A DNA stretch of 63,850 nt, filler included, from Phoronis australis (GCA_002633005.1; 5 parts of 5 records of this genome joined end to end with filler, not necessarily neighbours in it), one strand, 5' to 3'; positions 42,340 to 56,780 are shown, numbered from the whole stretch's first letter. Numbers and translations: made by a program. The notes: generated by a model not told the origin, from the sequence alone.

Positions 42340-43790
42340 ATCTATGATACTTCAGAAAGGCAGATAGCTTGCTGACAAAGATATGAAGAGAAGGGAAAGA
42401 TGTAATGCAGCCTAGCAAGTTATTCCAGTCCGTGGCTGTTCTACTAAGGAAAAATGTCTTTTTCCTGTAATCTTTCCTATTTATTGGAATATTATGACTG
42501 GATGACCTTCTGGTACAAATGCCTAGATAGTAAGATCTGGGATAAGGACAACTACATCAGAGTTGATGATTACCGACTTCTTACCATACTGTATTTGTAA
42601 AGAATTTTCAGCCCACAGATTTTGAGTCTGTGGCTCCGGCTGAGGGTGGGCCAGTTTAATGTTTCTAACATTGAACAGAGGATAGACGATTGAACCGTCT
42701 CGTGACCCAGCGAACAGCTATCCTCAGTACTTTCTCTACAGCTGCAATGTCTCTTTGGGTATAAGTATCCTAAACAGTAGAGGCGTACTCCAAGGTGGGT
42801 CGAACCATTGTTTTATACGCAAACTCTTTACATCGTTGGCTGCTTATACGCAAGTTTCGCCGAAGAAAGCCCAGAGTTTTATTTGCTTTCTTCTGGATGT
42901 TGCTTATGTGGGATGACCATATGAGGTCATGCGAGATGGTAACGCCCAAATATTTAACCTCCTTGACCGACTTTGGCGTGTGATTGTGAAGTACATAGGA
43001 GGTGGGCTGGATTTGGCGTTTTCTGGTCAGGGTGAGGGCACTACACTTGTCTGGGTGGAAAGCCATGAGCCACTTGTCATCCCACAGAGCAAGACTATCT
43101 CAATCTTTCTGCAGGGCCTCTCTGTCAGCGGCTGAGTTGGCAATGTTGGAGCATATTGTATCGTCTGCAAATAGTCTAGTTTTACCAGACAGGTCAGGGG
43201 GAATATCATTTATGTATAATAGAAACAAGCAGGTGCCTAATACTGAGCCTTGGGGTATCCCAGAATCCACAGGTATACTTGACGACTTTTTGCCTCTGTC
43301 AACCGCAGTCTGTTGTCGTCCAGTTATAAAACTTGCGATCCAGTTATTAATAGCACCTGATATACCGTGTCAGTTTAATTTGTGAATCAGTAAAGAGTGG
43401 TTTACATTATCGAAGGCTTTACAAAAATCCATTATGAGAGCATCAACACTATTACCTTTCTCAACGTGCTCACTAATCTCACTAATGAAGCCCAACAGTT
43501 GGGTTTCACAAGGCAATTTTGAACGTAATCCATGTTGTTCCGGACATGTTATTTGAGACACAAATTGCTCTAAAATCGTGTGAACAATTATGTCTTCAAG
43601 CATTTTACACACTATACGGGTTAGTGATATCGGTCTGTAGTTCTCAGGTAAGTTTTTTTATCCTTCTTTGAAAACAGGGATTACGTTTGAATGTCTCCAG
43701 TCAGACGGGACAATGCCAGCTCTAAGTGATGATTCCTTATGAGGATCACAGGTGGAGCCAGTGGCACTGCATTGCTTTTAAGAATGATTG
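42340..43790 (-). mobile_element. Degenerate LINE reverse-transcriptase fragment
   Basis: NYRPISL, DFCKAFD, PQGSVLG, LFADD (~43160), WLMAFHPDKC, KYLGVTI, KANKTLGFLRRNL and VRPTLEYAS are present, with stops and frameshifts. Confidence 0.92.
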
Positions 43791-43849
43791 AGTGGATGTT
43801 ATATATATTCATCTATTTTTCAACATTTAAGGCCTTGGCCGACATGTTA

Positions 43850-46800
43850 CATCAAATTTACAGGATATCACTGATCAGCTTTTCCCTCATCGCAGTAGCG
43901 TGAAATACAAATTTCATTAGATTAATCTGAGCATTGGGCTCCGATATTTTCACTAGATTTACAAATTTACGTTTATTTGGTTCAGGCGAGCAACACTCAG
44001 GTATAAAGTTTTCAGGGAACAGTGCATTTTACAAACACATGTAAAATGGTATACACCTTCAATTAGGTACACACAGAAACAACACGCATGGTATTTTAAA
44101 TCCACAAGGGCATGTCTATCTTGCTCTACAGTTGTATCATCAAGTTATTGTTGGAGCAACGTAATTTAGCCATAGTTGCTAAAAAGTTATATGGAATATC
44201 ACGCAACAGATGGGATTCAATTTCATAATCAATTTTGAATGAGGAAAATGTTTTGAGCTATTCCCAAAGAAAATCTCCCGTCTTGTAAAAAATCTTTAAT
44301 TCGTGCTAAATTATGACAAGAAAAGAAGCTTCGCAGCCAACTCCCTGATTGTACCATACCAATCCAAAACCATGTCTTTGCAGCAAATTCCCAAAAGATG
44401 AAACACAATTTTTCCTACCAGCTTCGTCCAGTGTGACAAGCTTGTCATAGACTGATTTTGGATTTCGATGTGCTGGCATTTTTAACAATTTAAACCAACA
44501 CTTGATTAATTTAACAAACAGCTTAACATAAATCGGATACCTTCTCAGTTCTCCCAGGACAGCATGATTTGGTCAGTTACTTCCAACACCCAGCAATTGC
44601 TTACAGAATTTCAATTGATACTACAATATTCTTTAAGCCCCGAAATATCTCTTCCATAGCTAATGATTTGGTATACCGTTTTATCAAAAATCCCGTGTGC
44701 AATTTTCGGTGAAAGTCGTCTACATTTTGACTGAAAAGGTTTAAGTGAAAACATTGCTTTCTGCGCCTTCTGAGACAAATTTTCTGTAGCTTGCTGCCAG
44801 ACTAACTTAGAAATTAGGCAAATGCCCAGGTACTTGTTTGATGAGACGACATCAATTTTTTTCATTTTCGAAATGTCATTTTTCGTATTTTCTCTATGGT
44901 CTGCCGTTCTAATTACCATTATTTTCGTTTTTGTAAGGTTAACTTTTATACCCCTATCCTGACAGTATTCATGCAGAGCGTTGATTTGTTGCTGTAGTTT
45001 AAATGTTGTCTCTGCACAACCAACCATATCATGATCAGCGTATAGCAACATACAAATTTGAGGCATATTCTCATTCGTGCAAATTTCGCTGATTAAAGAT
45101 TCTTTTAAGTAATCTACAAACTCGTTCAATTACATACTAAATAAAAAAGGACTAAACGTACACCCTTAGCGAGTACCAATAGTATTACTGAAAACATCAA
45201 TTAACCTACGCTCATTTCTTAAGTTTGAATACATATTTTTCATCAAATTTAAATAAATACCATGAGTTTCTTTTTTGTAGCCTATTCCACAACAAATTAT
45301 GTGAAATAATGTCAAAGGCCGGAGAAAAATCATCGAATGTAACATAAAATCTGCCTTTGTGCTTACCCAAGTACTTATGAATAACTCTTTGCAAGGTAAA
45401 AATTCGGTCTATTGTACTATTTCTAAAACCAGTCTGAACTTCGTTAAATAAATCATTATCGTTGGCCCAACTTAGACGGGCTTTTATAAGTTTCGTAAAA
45501 ATGTTCCCGAGAACAGGCAGAAGTGAAATACCACCGTGATGATAATTATTTACGCAATGGACATACTACCGCGTCACTCCAGGGCTGAGGAAATTCCACT
45601 GATCGTAGAGCACTATCAAAACAGATGGACTTAAAGAGTCCATAAACGAGTCCGTCTACACCGGAAGCTTTACCGTTCGGTAGGTCTCGAAGAACTACAA
45701 AAATCTCACTTTCGCTAAAATCATGATTCAATTGATTTGGGTTATCTACCATTCAGTCGTTACAACACACATCACGACTTGCCAAGGTCCATTACTAGGA
45801 TTTTCTTGGTTTAAGAGTAAGTGAAAGTGGTTAAACCATTCATCGGCAGAAATAAAAGTATATGACGTCATTTTCCTAGATCATGATTTTATCAGCTGGG
45901 ATTGCTAACATTTTCAATTAATTTTTTCTCAGGCCATCATAAATTTTCTTTTGACTTAAAAGTCACTTTGAATTTTTGTCGCAATGCTTTGTACTTAATA
46001 AAATTAACCTGATTGTTGTAGTGTCGGAAACCAGTCAATGCACTATTTCTCTCACTTTTCAGCACCTGTAACTCCTCATCCCACCATGATGGTTGGATTT
46101 TCACAAATTTAACCGCGGCACTTGGGTGTACAATCATGTCCCAGGCAGCTGATGTATACATTTCGTTTAAGAACTGAACTGCGTCTTCAACCCGACTGCT
46201 CTTAATAAGATTCGCAATATCACTAGAGAACACTTGTAACCCACTGACAAACGTGTTAATGAACCGACTACATCCTTCAGTCTTCCATGTAACTCCTGCC
46301 GTCATATTCACGGATGAAATAATTTGTGCTATGAACAGTGTGATTCTGTGACTGAGTGAAGCCGTGAACATAACACAAACAAGAGGAAAGTGATCAGACA
46401 CATGCCATAAATCAACTTTACATTCTTATACAAAATCGAACAATTCAGAGGACAATAGTACATATAATCAAGTACACTAGCCAACAATACGTCCTTTATT
46501 AGATAAACACGTGAACTCACCTTCCTCATCACCTGGAAATATACGGTTACATGCATGGACATTTAACTCGCAATACATTCTCACAAGTGGTTTTCCAAAT
46601 GAAATAATAACATGATCTTTACTAATCCATAAAAAATTAAAGGTGTCTGAGTCATACCACTCACCAGTAGGCAAAAACTCTGCTGAGTCGTCTTGAATAT
46701 AATCGGAGAGTTTGCCAATTCTAGCACAAGATCGCCAGCAATTAAAAGAGATACATCATCGTGGGCATTTAAAAGGGCATCTTTAATACCACTTCTCAAG

Positions 46801-47570
46801 ATTTCTACACCATTCTTTTCAATTTGATTTCCATACACTGTTGCACCCTCTGGTGGCAAGTAAACACAACAGGATAATACGATCCTTTTCAGTACACAAT
46901 AGACTAATTACTAATTAATAGAAAAATATCAAAATCGAAATCACAGTTGACTCTAGTTACAGACCGAGGTAAAGATTTTTTTACAAACACACAAACTCCA
47001 CCGGAGTTTCTACCAAACTTCTTTTTCTTTAAATTAACTTTACTGAACATTCGTTGTACACAGGCAAAAAGTTATCAAACAGATTTTCGTTCGTTGCCCA
47101 AGATTCCACAACTCCAAATCAAAAGAACATAAGTAATCAACAATACTTTTGTTCTCTGTTTTGTTACTTAATCCGTGTTCATTCCAGACTGTTGTACGTA
47201 TTTCGCGGGTCCTTGAAGGCTCAGCCTGTGGCCGGCCGGGGCCGAGGGCCACTGAAACTGCTAAGCATTCCTGTAGATATATCTTGCTTGACCATTTTCA
47301 CTGCAATACAGCTTGCTGAATTGTATAGTTGCATTCTCCATATTGTTTTCGTTTGAAAACGTGTACAGCTCTCTTCCGGCTTTTCTTACTTTTATCGAAA
47401 AATCTTCAGAGATGTGAACATGAAGTGGTCCATTGGTTATTTCTTTTGCTCATAACTTTGTGTTTGTCCTTCGACGAAAACTTGGAAATTATTGGTCTTT
47501 TTTATTACGCTGTTGATGACCAATCCTATGGATGGATGTTATCAGGACATAGACTTGCTGGGAATTAGAT
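43850..47570 (-). mobile_element. Near-complete but decayed LINE (end of ORF1, APE endonuclease and RT of ORF2)
   Basis: VWNEHGL (start of EN), VYLPPEG, LIAGD, SDHFPL, KASGVDG, DFSPAFD, LLYAD(H)D, KYLG and QRHGFGLVWYNQGVG occur across multiple broken ORFs. Confidence 0.92.
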
Positions 47571-48234
47571 CCCTCATTAATCANNNNNNNNNNNNNNNNN
47601 NNNNNNNNNNNNNNNNNNNNNNNNNNNTTAATTAATTAANNNNNNNNNNNNNNNNNNNNNNNNNNNNNNNNNNNNNNNNNNNNTCTCTGGTTCCCAGCGT
47701 GCCGCTAGGTGGGCGGTAGCCGCGTCCAGTCAGCACGCAGGTATCTCTTAATTTTCCTCAGGAATTTTTTTACACCGGCATTTCTGATTGGCTTGTCGAA
47801 TTCTCAACAGGCAGCGCTTTACGAAAACAAACTGGCATGATCGACTGGTGGACTGAAGTGTAAATGTGATCTGCTGTACAGACAAATCGCGGCCGCTCAA
47901 AATTTATAAAGTTCAGGAAATGTGAAGCCTAGAAATTGTGATTGCGCCTTTTCGGAATGCATCTGTCTATCCTGTCGATGATTTTTGTTTACGATAGTGT
48001 CCTGTATTCATACAGTTTGAATAACACACCGGTTAAAGCGGCCAGATCGTGTATATTGTACACGGCATGTACGTGCTTCAAGCACGCGGCTATTAAACAT
48101 CACTGCAGAAACGAAATAGTTGCTGCGACGCCACTTGCATGACAAGGCTCAAAATCGTTCACTGTCCGCCATTTTTTTCACGGTGTTGTAAAGCCGCTAA
48201 TCAATGACTGCCGAAGTTACATCATACCGGTACA

Positions 48235-48773
48235 CATAATACTACAAGGTAAGACACTCGGGACTAGAAATTCCACGGGTGCTTCGACTCAGCCGTCCAT
48301 ATCAAACACATAACTCAATAATTTTACACAAAACAGGGGTTCAGCAAACCATGAGCAAATGTTCTTTCTTATAATACCATTCACGGTGTCCTGTTCCACC
48401 GAGTTCGCAAGAAATTCGCAGTCAAAACAATTGCCGATTCATCATGGAAAGTCACGGCATCGATATAACTCGGCCATTGCCGTTCATCCGTAATTCATCG
48501 GATAATTCCGTACCCTAGTTGCGCGTGAGACCAAGGAGTTGCTCCGGACGAGCTTTTTGGGAAGACGTTTGTGCTTTGACCGCGAATTTCTTGAGAACTC
48601 GCACGGTCAAGAGCAGGACACCGTAAATGGTATTGGGAGAAAGAACAGTTCCTCATCATGGTTTGTTGAACATGTTTTGTGTAACTTTATTGAGTTTTAT
48701 GTTTGTTACGGACGGCCGAACTGATGCACCCGTGGAATTTCTAGTCCGGAGTGGCATACCTTGAAGTATTATG
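48235..48773. mobile_element. MITE with ~50-bp TIRs
   Basis: cataatactacaaggtaagacactcgggactagaaattccacgggtgc versus gcacccgtggaatttctagtccggagtggcataccttgaagtattatg. Confidence 0.85.
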
Positions 48774-48868
48774 CATAGTGTAGTTGGGGACGATCAGAAG
48801 CTGAGGACGCCTGTGGGTCGGAGGGTATTTTGAGGATTGAACTCATGCAGGAAAAATTGCCGTGACAG

Positions 48869-51245
48869 CAGGGCTCGACGCTTTTAAAATCGCCAGGTCA
48901 CATTTTGCGACCTAGCCAAAATCCCAGATCGCATTTTAAAAATCCAGCTCGCGTTTGTAAATGCCAGGTCGCAAAATTTCCCCGCCATTTTACGCGCCAA
49001 AATTGATTTTTTAGATCATCGAGAAAATGTTTAGATTATGCTCTTACCTGCAGCGTTAAATACTCACAAATTTCANGATTGCAAAATTGAGTTCGTTTAT
49101 GCAGGTACGGCGTTACTGTTCTTCACGACCGCCATTGAAAGAATCTAGAGCGCACGGCAAGTTGTCGACGTGAAAGTTGAGTCAGTGCTCTCTAACTGAA
49201 ACGTACATTCGAGTAGCTAAGTTTTCAATGTAAAAAGGGAGAAAATGCCCGTTGAAAAAGTATCCACCATTTTGTTAGTTCTCACCTGCTACTGGGTGTC
49301 ATCAAAGTTGTTGAAGATCCACAAACTAACTCGGAGTGCTAATTCCCTCCACTTTTTGTTCGCAGCCCAAATTTTACAACTTAAGTTGACGTTTGAAAAA
49401 CATCTGTCAAAAAAAATCCGTGAAACGGTGCCCTAACCGAATGACGTATTTGGATGCGTGGGAACAATTCAGTGCAAATTTCATAACAAAAATGTGACAC
49501 TTATGCTGTGTACGTACTCAACAATTAGTTTTCCATGAAATGAATAGCTTCGAAATAATTCCCGATTCCGTGCGGGTTTCCATCGGTTAACTCGAGTTTG
49601 CTCCTCAATACCTTCCAAGTGCGGGAAAAATAGGTCAGTCACAAAACGACACGCATGTCACTAGTGTTAAATTTCTTTCGGAGGTATGAAACAAAGCCGG
49701 GAATTGGTTTTTACATATTGAGAAAAGACGCTTTTTGAATTTGTTGTGTAAAATGAGAGTGACACTCTATACAGGCTGCGTGTCACTTTTAAACCACGCG
49801 CGGTCATTTGTAGTACGCTGTGATGAGCGCTAGCCTGAAATGTGGGCGCTTAATTGGAAATTCTCAAAAGTTGAGGGGGAACACTTTTGTAGGTCAGTGA
49901 GCGCTTATTATGAAACACTTCAAAGGTAGGGAGTAGAGTTATCCTCTAGTACCCGGTTAGTTGCAATAGCTGGCTACGGGAATAGAATATAGAGAACATC
50001 GACCTCGGAGAGCATCGCATGCTCGCACCCAGGGGGTTCGGGGGGCTCGAAGGAGGTCCCATTTGGCGAAGTGGGCACAAAGATCCGCCTGTGAGAAACA
50101 AAATGAAAACGAGACAAAAGTCCGCTAAACAAATACAAACGCGCAATTCAGAGTGGTGCGTCCGCTTTTTTTTTAGTCCGCCGGCTGTTTTGTTACCAAA
50201 AGGTCCACATTAGGAATACGAGCCCCCCATATTGAAGGCTGGGTGCGCGCATGCATCGTCACAGGAAAATATCAATTCTGGGTTATATCGATACCCGGGA
50301 ATGTCGTAAAGCATCGGCTTTTTTTATAACCGCCGGGAATCTATGAGTTCATATTCAATTAAACCACTGGCACGTACGCGGGTGCTTAACAGAGCCAAGC
50401 CGGTATACCCTTTCATTTGGGACTGTCACTGTTCTCTTTTGATGTGCAGCTTGGAAGTGGTGCGCACGCGCGAGTTCACACACTTGAATCGCTGAAGTAG
50501 GCCTACACTTTACGTTGGCAACAACGTGTGAATGACAAATCATATTTCACGCACGTAGCCCGAGAAACAAATAAAGGGGTTAGAGAATTTCTAGGCATCT
50601 GAAAGTAAAGACGTGGCCGTCGTTTGGCGATTAATAGAGTTGACGTTCTCACTTTGGCTGTCTTCTGCGATAAAAAAAAACGAGACGCACATCTCTAAGT
50701 CACGACCAGTGCCACAGTGCGATATCAGGGATATATTGTCGTGGATATTTGGTACATGTAATAAGGACATCTTACGCGAAAAATAAACATATTTCTCCAT
50801 CACAAAGTTTGGTAAGTTGATCACTTAATAATAGAAACATCGCTGTTTTTGTGACGTTTTCTCACGTGTTATGCAGTGGCCCGAAACTTTCTTCGACGAA
50901 TCCGAAAATTTACAAACGTAGCCGAAAATGCTAGCCAATGAAACGCGTCAAAGATCTATTTTGCATATCCCATGTTCACGCGGCTTGTTTACAAGTTGTC
51001 GGGAGGGTTGTTCTCGCTTAGTGTTCTTTTGAACTTGGATTTGGCAACAACCAAATAACGGTCGGATTCACAAGAGTTGCTTTATATTCGCCAGGTATCT
51101 GTCGAGAAGTGTAAAAACTCAGCTCGCATACGTTGAAAATTCCAGGTCGCATTTTGCAAGTTGATACGAGCTGACAAAAATCTCAGCTCGCATTTCCAAA
51201 TTTCAGGTCGCAAATGCGACCTCCAGCTCGTTATGTCGAGCCCTG
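48869..51245. mobile_element. hAT-like non-autonomous element (CAGGGCTCGAC...GTCGAGCCCTG)
   Basis: Perfect 11-bp TIRs and clustered subterminal ccaggtcgca/cagctcgca motifs at both ends. No 8-bp TSD is retained. Confidence 0.75.
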
Positions 51246-51479
51246 CCTTTTCAAATGAACCAGATAGCTGAACTCGATTGAAACCAAGAAGTTCCAATAA
51301 TGCTTCAGTGAGTTCCAGCCGATATAAAGCATCAGCCTCATTTCTCTTCATAACTTTCTACTTTAATGTGCAACATCATTATAGTTTGTATTTATTTGGT
51401 TTTCTATAGCGGCTGTGTGATCAAAGTCTCCAACTTGATTGATTTCCAAATGTCAAAACAAAAACTGTTGGGCAATTTA

Positions 51480-52010
51480 CTGCGCATCAAGGACACCTTA
51501 GGTGGCCGATGTCTTTAATTCCTTCCAACTATGACAAATACTTTTTCTTCGAGCAGTCCTCGTTCAGTTCCCATAACCGGTAACTGGCCATTTTTTTCAC
51601 TGCGCACGTCAGGGGATATGATGAATATAAATCGGTAAATAAAACAACAAGAATGGATCAACTGAAATTTGAAATTTTCGGAGGTAACAACTTCCTTTAT
51701 CAACAAAAACAGAAATAAAGTAAAATCAAACACAAAATGACAATTGACATATAAGATATGGTGTAATGAAAATATGATGTCATACCACCTGTCACGCGCA
51801 GTGTTAAAAATGGCAAGTTTCTGATTTTGGGAACTGAGCGAATGACCGATTTAAGAAAAAGTTTGATAACAGGAATATTTGTTCGAGTTGGGAGGAATTA
51901 AAGACATCGAGGGCCTCCTAAGCAAAGGTGTCCCTCAATGTGCAAAAGATATTTATTACATTGTAACCAGTGCGAGGCCTAATTCACCGAAAAGCTTCCG
52001 ACATATGAAG
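51480..52010. mobile_element. Older, eroded foldback element of the same family as 52111-53019
   Basis: 51480-51610 matches 52250-52395 directly; 51795-52000 matches it in reverse. Confidence 0.75.
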
Positions 52011-52110
52011 CTCTTATAGGTGCTACAAAGTCTGTAGTTCAACATGAGACGTTGGTCACTGTCTAAAAAATGTCAATGAGACGGGTAGAATACCATTTCA
52101 CTTGTTACAC

Positions 52111-53019
52111 TAGGCAATGACCATCGCCTCTGTTGGCCCGAACCAGAGGCGATGCAGAGGCTATAGGCGCTCTGTACGCCGGAAGCTTTTCGGCGAATTA
52201 TGCCTCGCACCGACTAAACCATCAAATTCACGTTGTTATAAATACCTTTTGCGCATAGAGGAACACCTGAGGAGGTTGTCGATGTGTTTAATTCCTTCCA
52301 ACTCGAACAAATACTCCCATTATCAAACTTTTTCTTCGAGCAGTCGCTATTTCAGTTCCCAAAATCGTGAACTCACCATTTTTATACTGCGCACGCTCCA
52401 ATTTTTACCGCACTCGCTAGGTGATGTGACTTCATGACCTCAATCTTTAAATAGGCCAAAGGTGAGCCATTGCGGTCTTGTCAGTCAAATGTTCGTTTCC
52501 AAAATGCCACCACATATACTTGAAACTAATTGTATTTTCAATGAATTATTGTTAGTACTTGATAAAAATAAATGCTGTTGATATGACATTTAATAGTCTT
52601 TGTGCACATATTTGACATTTTAATGTTTAACAACACGGCAAATGCATGTCTGGTTCCCGGCAGCACGTACGCGAAGGGCAGGAACTTCAGCTTTCAAAGT
52701 TCGCCGGTAGGTCCGCAACTTCTGACCTTCGGCCTAGTTAAAAAATGAAAATGTTGATTTCACGATTTTGGGAACTGAAATAGGGACTGCTCGAAGAAAA
52801 AGTTTCATAACAGGAGTATTTCTTCGAGTTGGAAGGAATTAAACACATGGACAACCTCCTAAGGTGTTCCTCTATGCGCAAAAGGTATTTATAACAACGT
52901 GACTTTGATGGTTTGGTCGGTGCGAGGCATAATTTGCCGAGAAGCTTCCGGCGTACAGAGCGCCTATAGCCTCTGCATCGCCTCTGGTTCGGGCCAACAG
53001 AGGCGATGGTCATTGCCTA
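52111..53019. mobile_element. Foldback TIR element with ~275-bp arms, TAGGCAA...TTGCCTA termini and a perfect 9-bp TSD
   Basis: TSD ttgttacac at 52102-52110 and 53020-53028. The mirror ORFs 52117+ and 53013- reflect the two arms. Confidence 0.93.
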
Positions 53020-54606
53020 TTGTTACACACGAGATGAACATTTTCATAAATTGTAAGTTGAATGTCCAATTTCCCAAAATGAATTTCGTGATACTTAAAG
53101 TTTCATTAATGATGATTGCCAAGTTGGTAAGGAAACCTTGTAGTCCATGGCAGTGCACTATTTTAGAAGTTTAGATTAATTTCACTCAGCCACAGCAACA
53201 CTGCGACGGTGGTTGAGAATCGAGAAATGAATATTACCTTTGTTATCAACGGCACTGTCACTCATGATCTTTTCAAGAATCTTAGTAAACCACAAAATTA
53301 TCAAAACAAGATACTGGTGATAAAACAGCTATAAAATGCTAGAAAAGAAGTGGAAATCTTAACTACAAATCACACAAAACGACGAAAAAAGATCATGGTG
53401 GAAAGTCACATCTCGCGTACTGACGCGAGTTCTCGTTGATTTCACAGAGCCATCTGTTGTATATTGCCGTGATGACTCCAAGCGCCCCGTCGCCCGCGGC
53501 GCGGGCACTTTTTAAGGCCCGATATTAAATCTTTTCCATTTTTCGGGCTTTCTGAACACCACATAGTAAGTGCCAATTAAGAAGACAATAATTAAAATAT
53601 GAGCGAATAAATGAATAATAAATCTCCAACTTAGTGACGCAGACGGAACACAGTAGGCCTACCAGACCCCGGCTAGCCTGGCTCAAAACACACATTTTGC
53701 TGCTTCACTCATTTTCACAGACTAGTTGTCCACATGTTCATAGAAATATAATTTTCAGCCAAAGAGCACACCCAGCAGTTTAACCATAGACTATTCTCAC
53801 ACTTAATAATATTCGTGCCAACATAAAGAAATATTTCGGAATCGCTGAGTGTCATTCCCGAGTGACGGCTTTTATTTTTTCACTGTACATGTATATTGGC
53901 GGGCAACATGCGATTATTGTTAAATCTTGCGGCGTTTTTCAGAACAAGTCAGTCTTTATCCACAGAGTCGTCACAGTGTACAAGTGTATTGTCATCTGCT
54001 TAATTGTAAAGCTTGCACTTGCCTTCAAGTATGAGAAATGCCCTGAAAAACGTATGGCACATGATGACAATGAGCCTACTAGACCCAGATTCGAAAATTA
54101 GTGGAGGGCACTTCTTTAGTTAAAAACACTGGGTGCCAAGCATTTTCAATTTTCACTCTCGTTGAAAATCATTAAGCAGGAGAATCGCCCAGTGGTGAGG
54201 CTCGCTGCGACAACCGGTCCTCATTGATCTAGCCTGAGCTCATCAGGAGCAGACGACAAGTGACAGCGTTTTCCCGTTCAGCGACTTTACCACACGAATG
54301 GGGTTCTGAGCGTGTGATAACATCTAGCTTCTTCGTTAACTTCCAAGCACCGTCTTTTGTCTGTTATGACAACAGGCACGCCAATTAGGCCTATCTACCA
54401 GACTTATTACAGACCACGTGTGACCACCGTGAAACCCAGAGTGTGGGAAAGAATAGGTTATCGAAACTTAATTCGGTTGCAATTGGGCGATTTTGGCGAT
54501 TCAAAAACTAAGCATGATCACCATTTGACGAGGATTTCAGAAATGCAATTGGTTCGTGTTCAAATACGTTATAACTTAACTCATTCATTTTAACAGCACA
54601 GCCCAG

Positions 54607-54830
54607 TCAGGCCATCAATTCAGCGTACATATCTCTGTCGTAATCTGACGGCTGAAAATGCTTGCCACTGCTTTGAACGTTGCGTGAACGAGTAGCGCTG
54701 CGTTCTTTACACGAACGAGCTAGCCAAGTACGGCGAAGTGTGTCATCCTTCGGAAAGCGATGCACTGAGGGTACCCAAAGCGCGTGTGAGACGATAATGA
54801 GTACGCCTGGTACGCAGCACTGAACAGCGT
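54607..54830 (-). pseudogene. Degenerate THAP domain (THAP9/P-element-like)
   Basis: QCCVPG...SVHRFPKDDTLRRTWL...GKHFQPSDYDRDMYAELM; the second and third Cys are lost. Confidence 0.75.
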
Positions 54831-55412
54831 GGCATGTTGACTGACTTGTAAACAAAAGCAAACGACGACCGAACTTAGCACATCCGAGGTAGAAGAATGA
54901 CTGACTTGACAGCTCTCGATCACAGTCTCGACTGCAGTATGAAAAGAAATTGGCGCGAAATTCTTGCCTCCCTAAACGTCACGTCCGGAGTAGAGGACGA
55001 GAAATTAAATAAATTACGAAAAGCTGTAATTAATTGAACAATATGTCTGGGATAATCAACAGACATTATTTTTGCTAAAAGTGACATGAGAAAAGGTTGC
55101 CTTCGCCTTTGACTTTGAGGCGATTCTTTAGTCCAACAAGGAATCACTAGACCGATTTTATGTGATTAAAAGCCTATTTTAATTTTCATCAGCCCTGGGA
55201 TAATGAGGGAGAAATCCAGCAATAAACACTGATTCTGCGAACTTTTGATTTAGACCACATACCAAGACTGCCACTAAGGCCAGTGGCGGATCTACGTTTT
55301 CACCAAGGGGGGNNNNNNNNNNNNNNNNNNNNNNNNNNNNNNNNNNNNNNNNNNNNTTAATTAATTAANNNNNNNNNNNNNNNNNNNNNNNNNNNNNNNN
55401 NNNNNNNNNNNN

Positions 55413-56780
55413 CTATGAACTTGGTGATTCTTTGCGCCATGACATTTTCAGGGATTTTCCCAATGACGTCCTGCATCACTATGATGCGATATCCCTTGAG
55501 AGTGTGATGGTCTTTTCTAGGTTTGGGTACAGGACTTAAGAATGTATCTGCGAGGGATAATTCCACTAGCCAAACTGATGTCATACTTCACAAGATTGGC
55601 TAACAAAAAGTCAGGTAGACTTGAGTGTTAGAACTGTTAAGCCTTTGGGGTCAGGAGCACCCTCTTTGCAAGTTTTGATAGCCTCTGCAATCTTTATTGC
55701 GCAGAATTTACAGGCATGTTCAGCAGTCCTGCAGAGTCCAGGTGGTCTCTTTCAGATTGATCACTGTGGTCACTTTGCTGGATGAAACGCATGGGAAAAG
55801 CCTCACCCTGTTCGCTGTCACTCCCGAGAAAGATTTCGTTTTCATTCAATTGGATGGATCTGGGAGGAGAGCGTCTCTTTTCCATGTTACGATCAAAGTG
55901 CCAGAAACCTGTAGCTGTCAAGTTGGATCGGCTACAAAGCTCATCCCATCGACGGTTAGCAGCCTCAGATGCTGAATCCATGATTTGAACAGAGCAGTGG
56001 CCCAATTCTGGCTATTCTGACGACCTTCAACTCTTTAGTATGCATGGCTAAAAGCCCGCTCTTTGGAGCACTTGTTAGCCCAGGTAGTGTCAACATCTTT
56101 ATTACACCAAGTAGGCGCATTCTGCTGCCTGTGGTATGGTATGTGCTTATATAGGCTTTTGGCATGTCAGCAAGCTGATTTCCAGATTTCATCCCCTTCG
56201 GTTTGATTTTAGGGGCATTTAACTGTTGTTGCTGGAGCCTTTAGTTGGTGGTGTAGCTGAACCTCACACAAGTAGTGATTACTTCCAACTTGACATCTCC
56301 TAAGCCACTCAGTATGGTCATGAAGACTATCACTGCTCAGAGCAAGGTCAGTGCACGAGTCTTCGTCATCCGGTCTCACAGCCATTCTTGTGGGTTAACC
56401 AAAGTTGAGAGTATATAAATCTTTTTCAGGAAGGCATTCAGAAAGACCATTATCATTCAGGTTCTCACCGTAGACATCTTAGCTGGAGTGCCGAGCACTG
56501 AAATCCCCAACAATAAGAATGTCTGGATATATGTGAAGTAGATTATGGAAAAAATTCCAATGGTCACATCTAGGAGAGGAGTTTCCCCAGATAAACAAAC
56601 TGACTAGAGTAAATAGGTCACAGAGACTAAGATCAGTAACGCTTGTAACGTGCAGTTGCCTGTCAGTGGTAGTGCATGACGGCGACATCCCGTTGCTCCC
56701 AACTTGTTTGATTCTATAGCCCAACAACAAGTTGGGAAGTTCACCCCCGTAGCCAATATCTTACACGACTGATAAACTCC
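55413..56780 (-). mobile_element. Decayed LINE (endonuclease to start of RT), cut by a gap
   Basis: ILIVGDFSARHSS, a PDPK-like GxD-region motif, and PVPKPRKDH..LKGYRII...IGKIPE.VMAQRI. Confidence 0.85.

Noticed and set aside
52117-53013. Two near-identical ORFs (106 and 91 aa) on opposite strands as a gene pair
   Set aside because: They are translations of the two TIR arms of a foldback element and show no protein motif.
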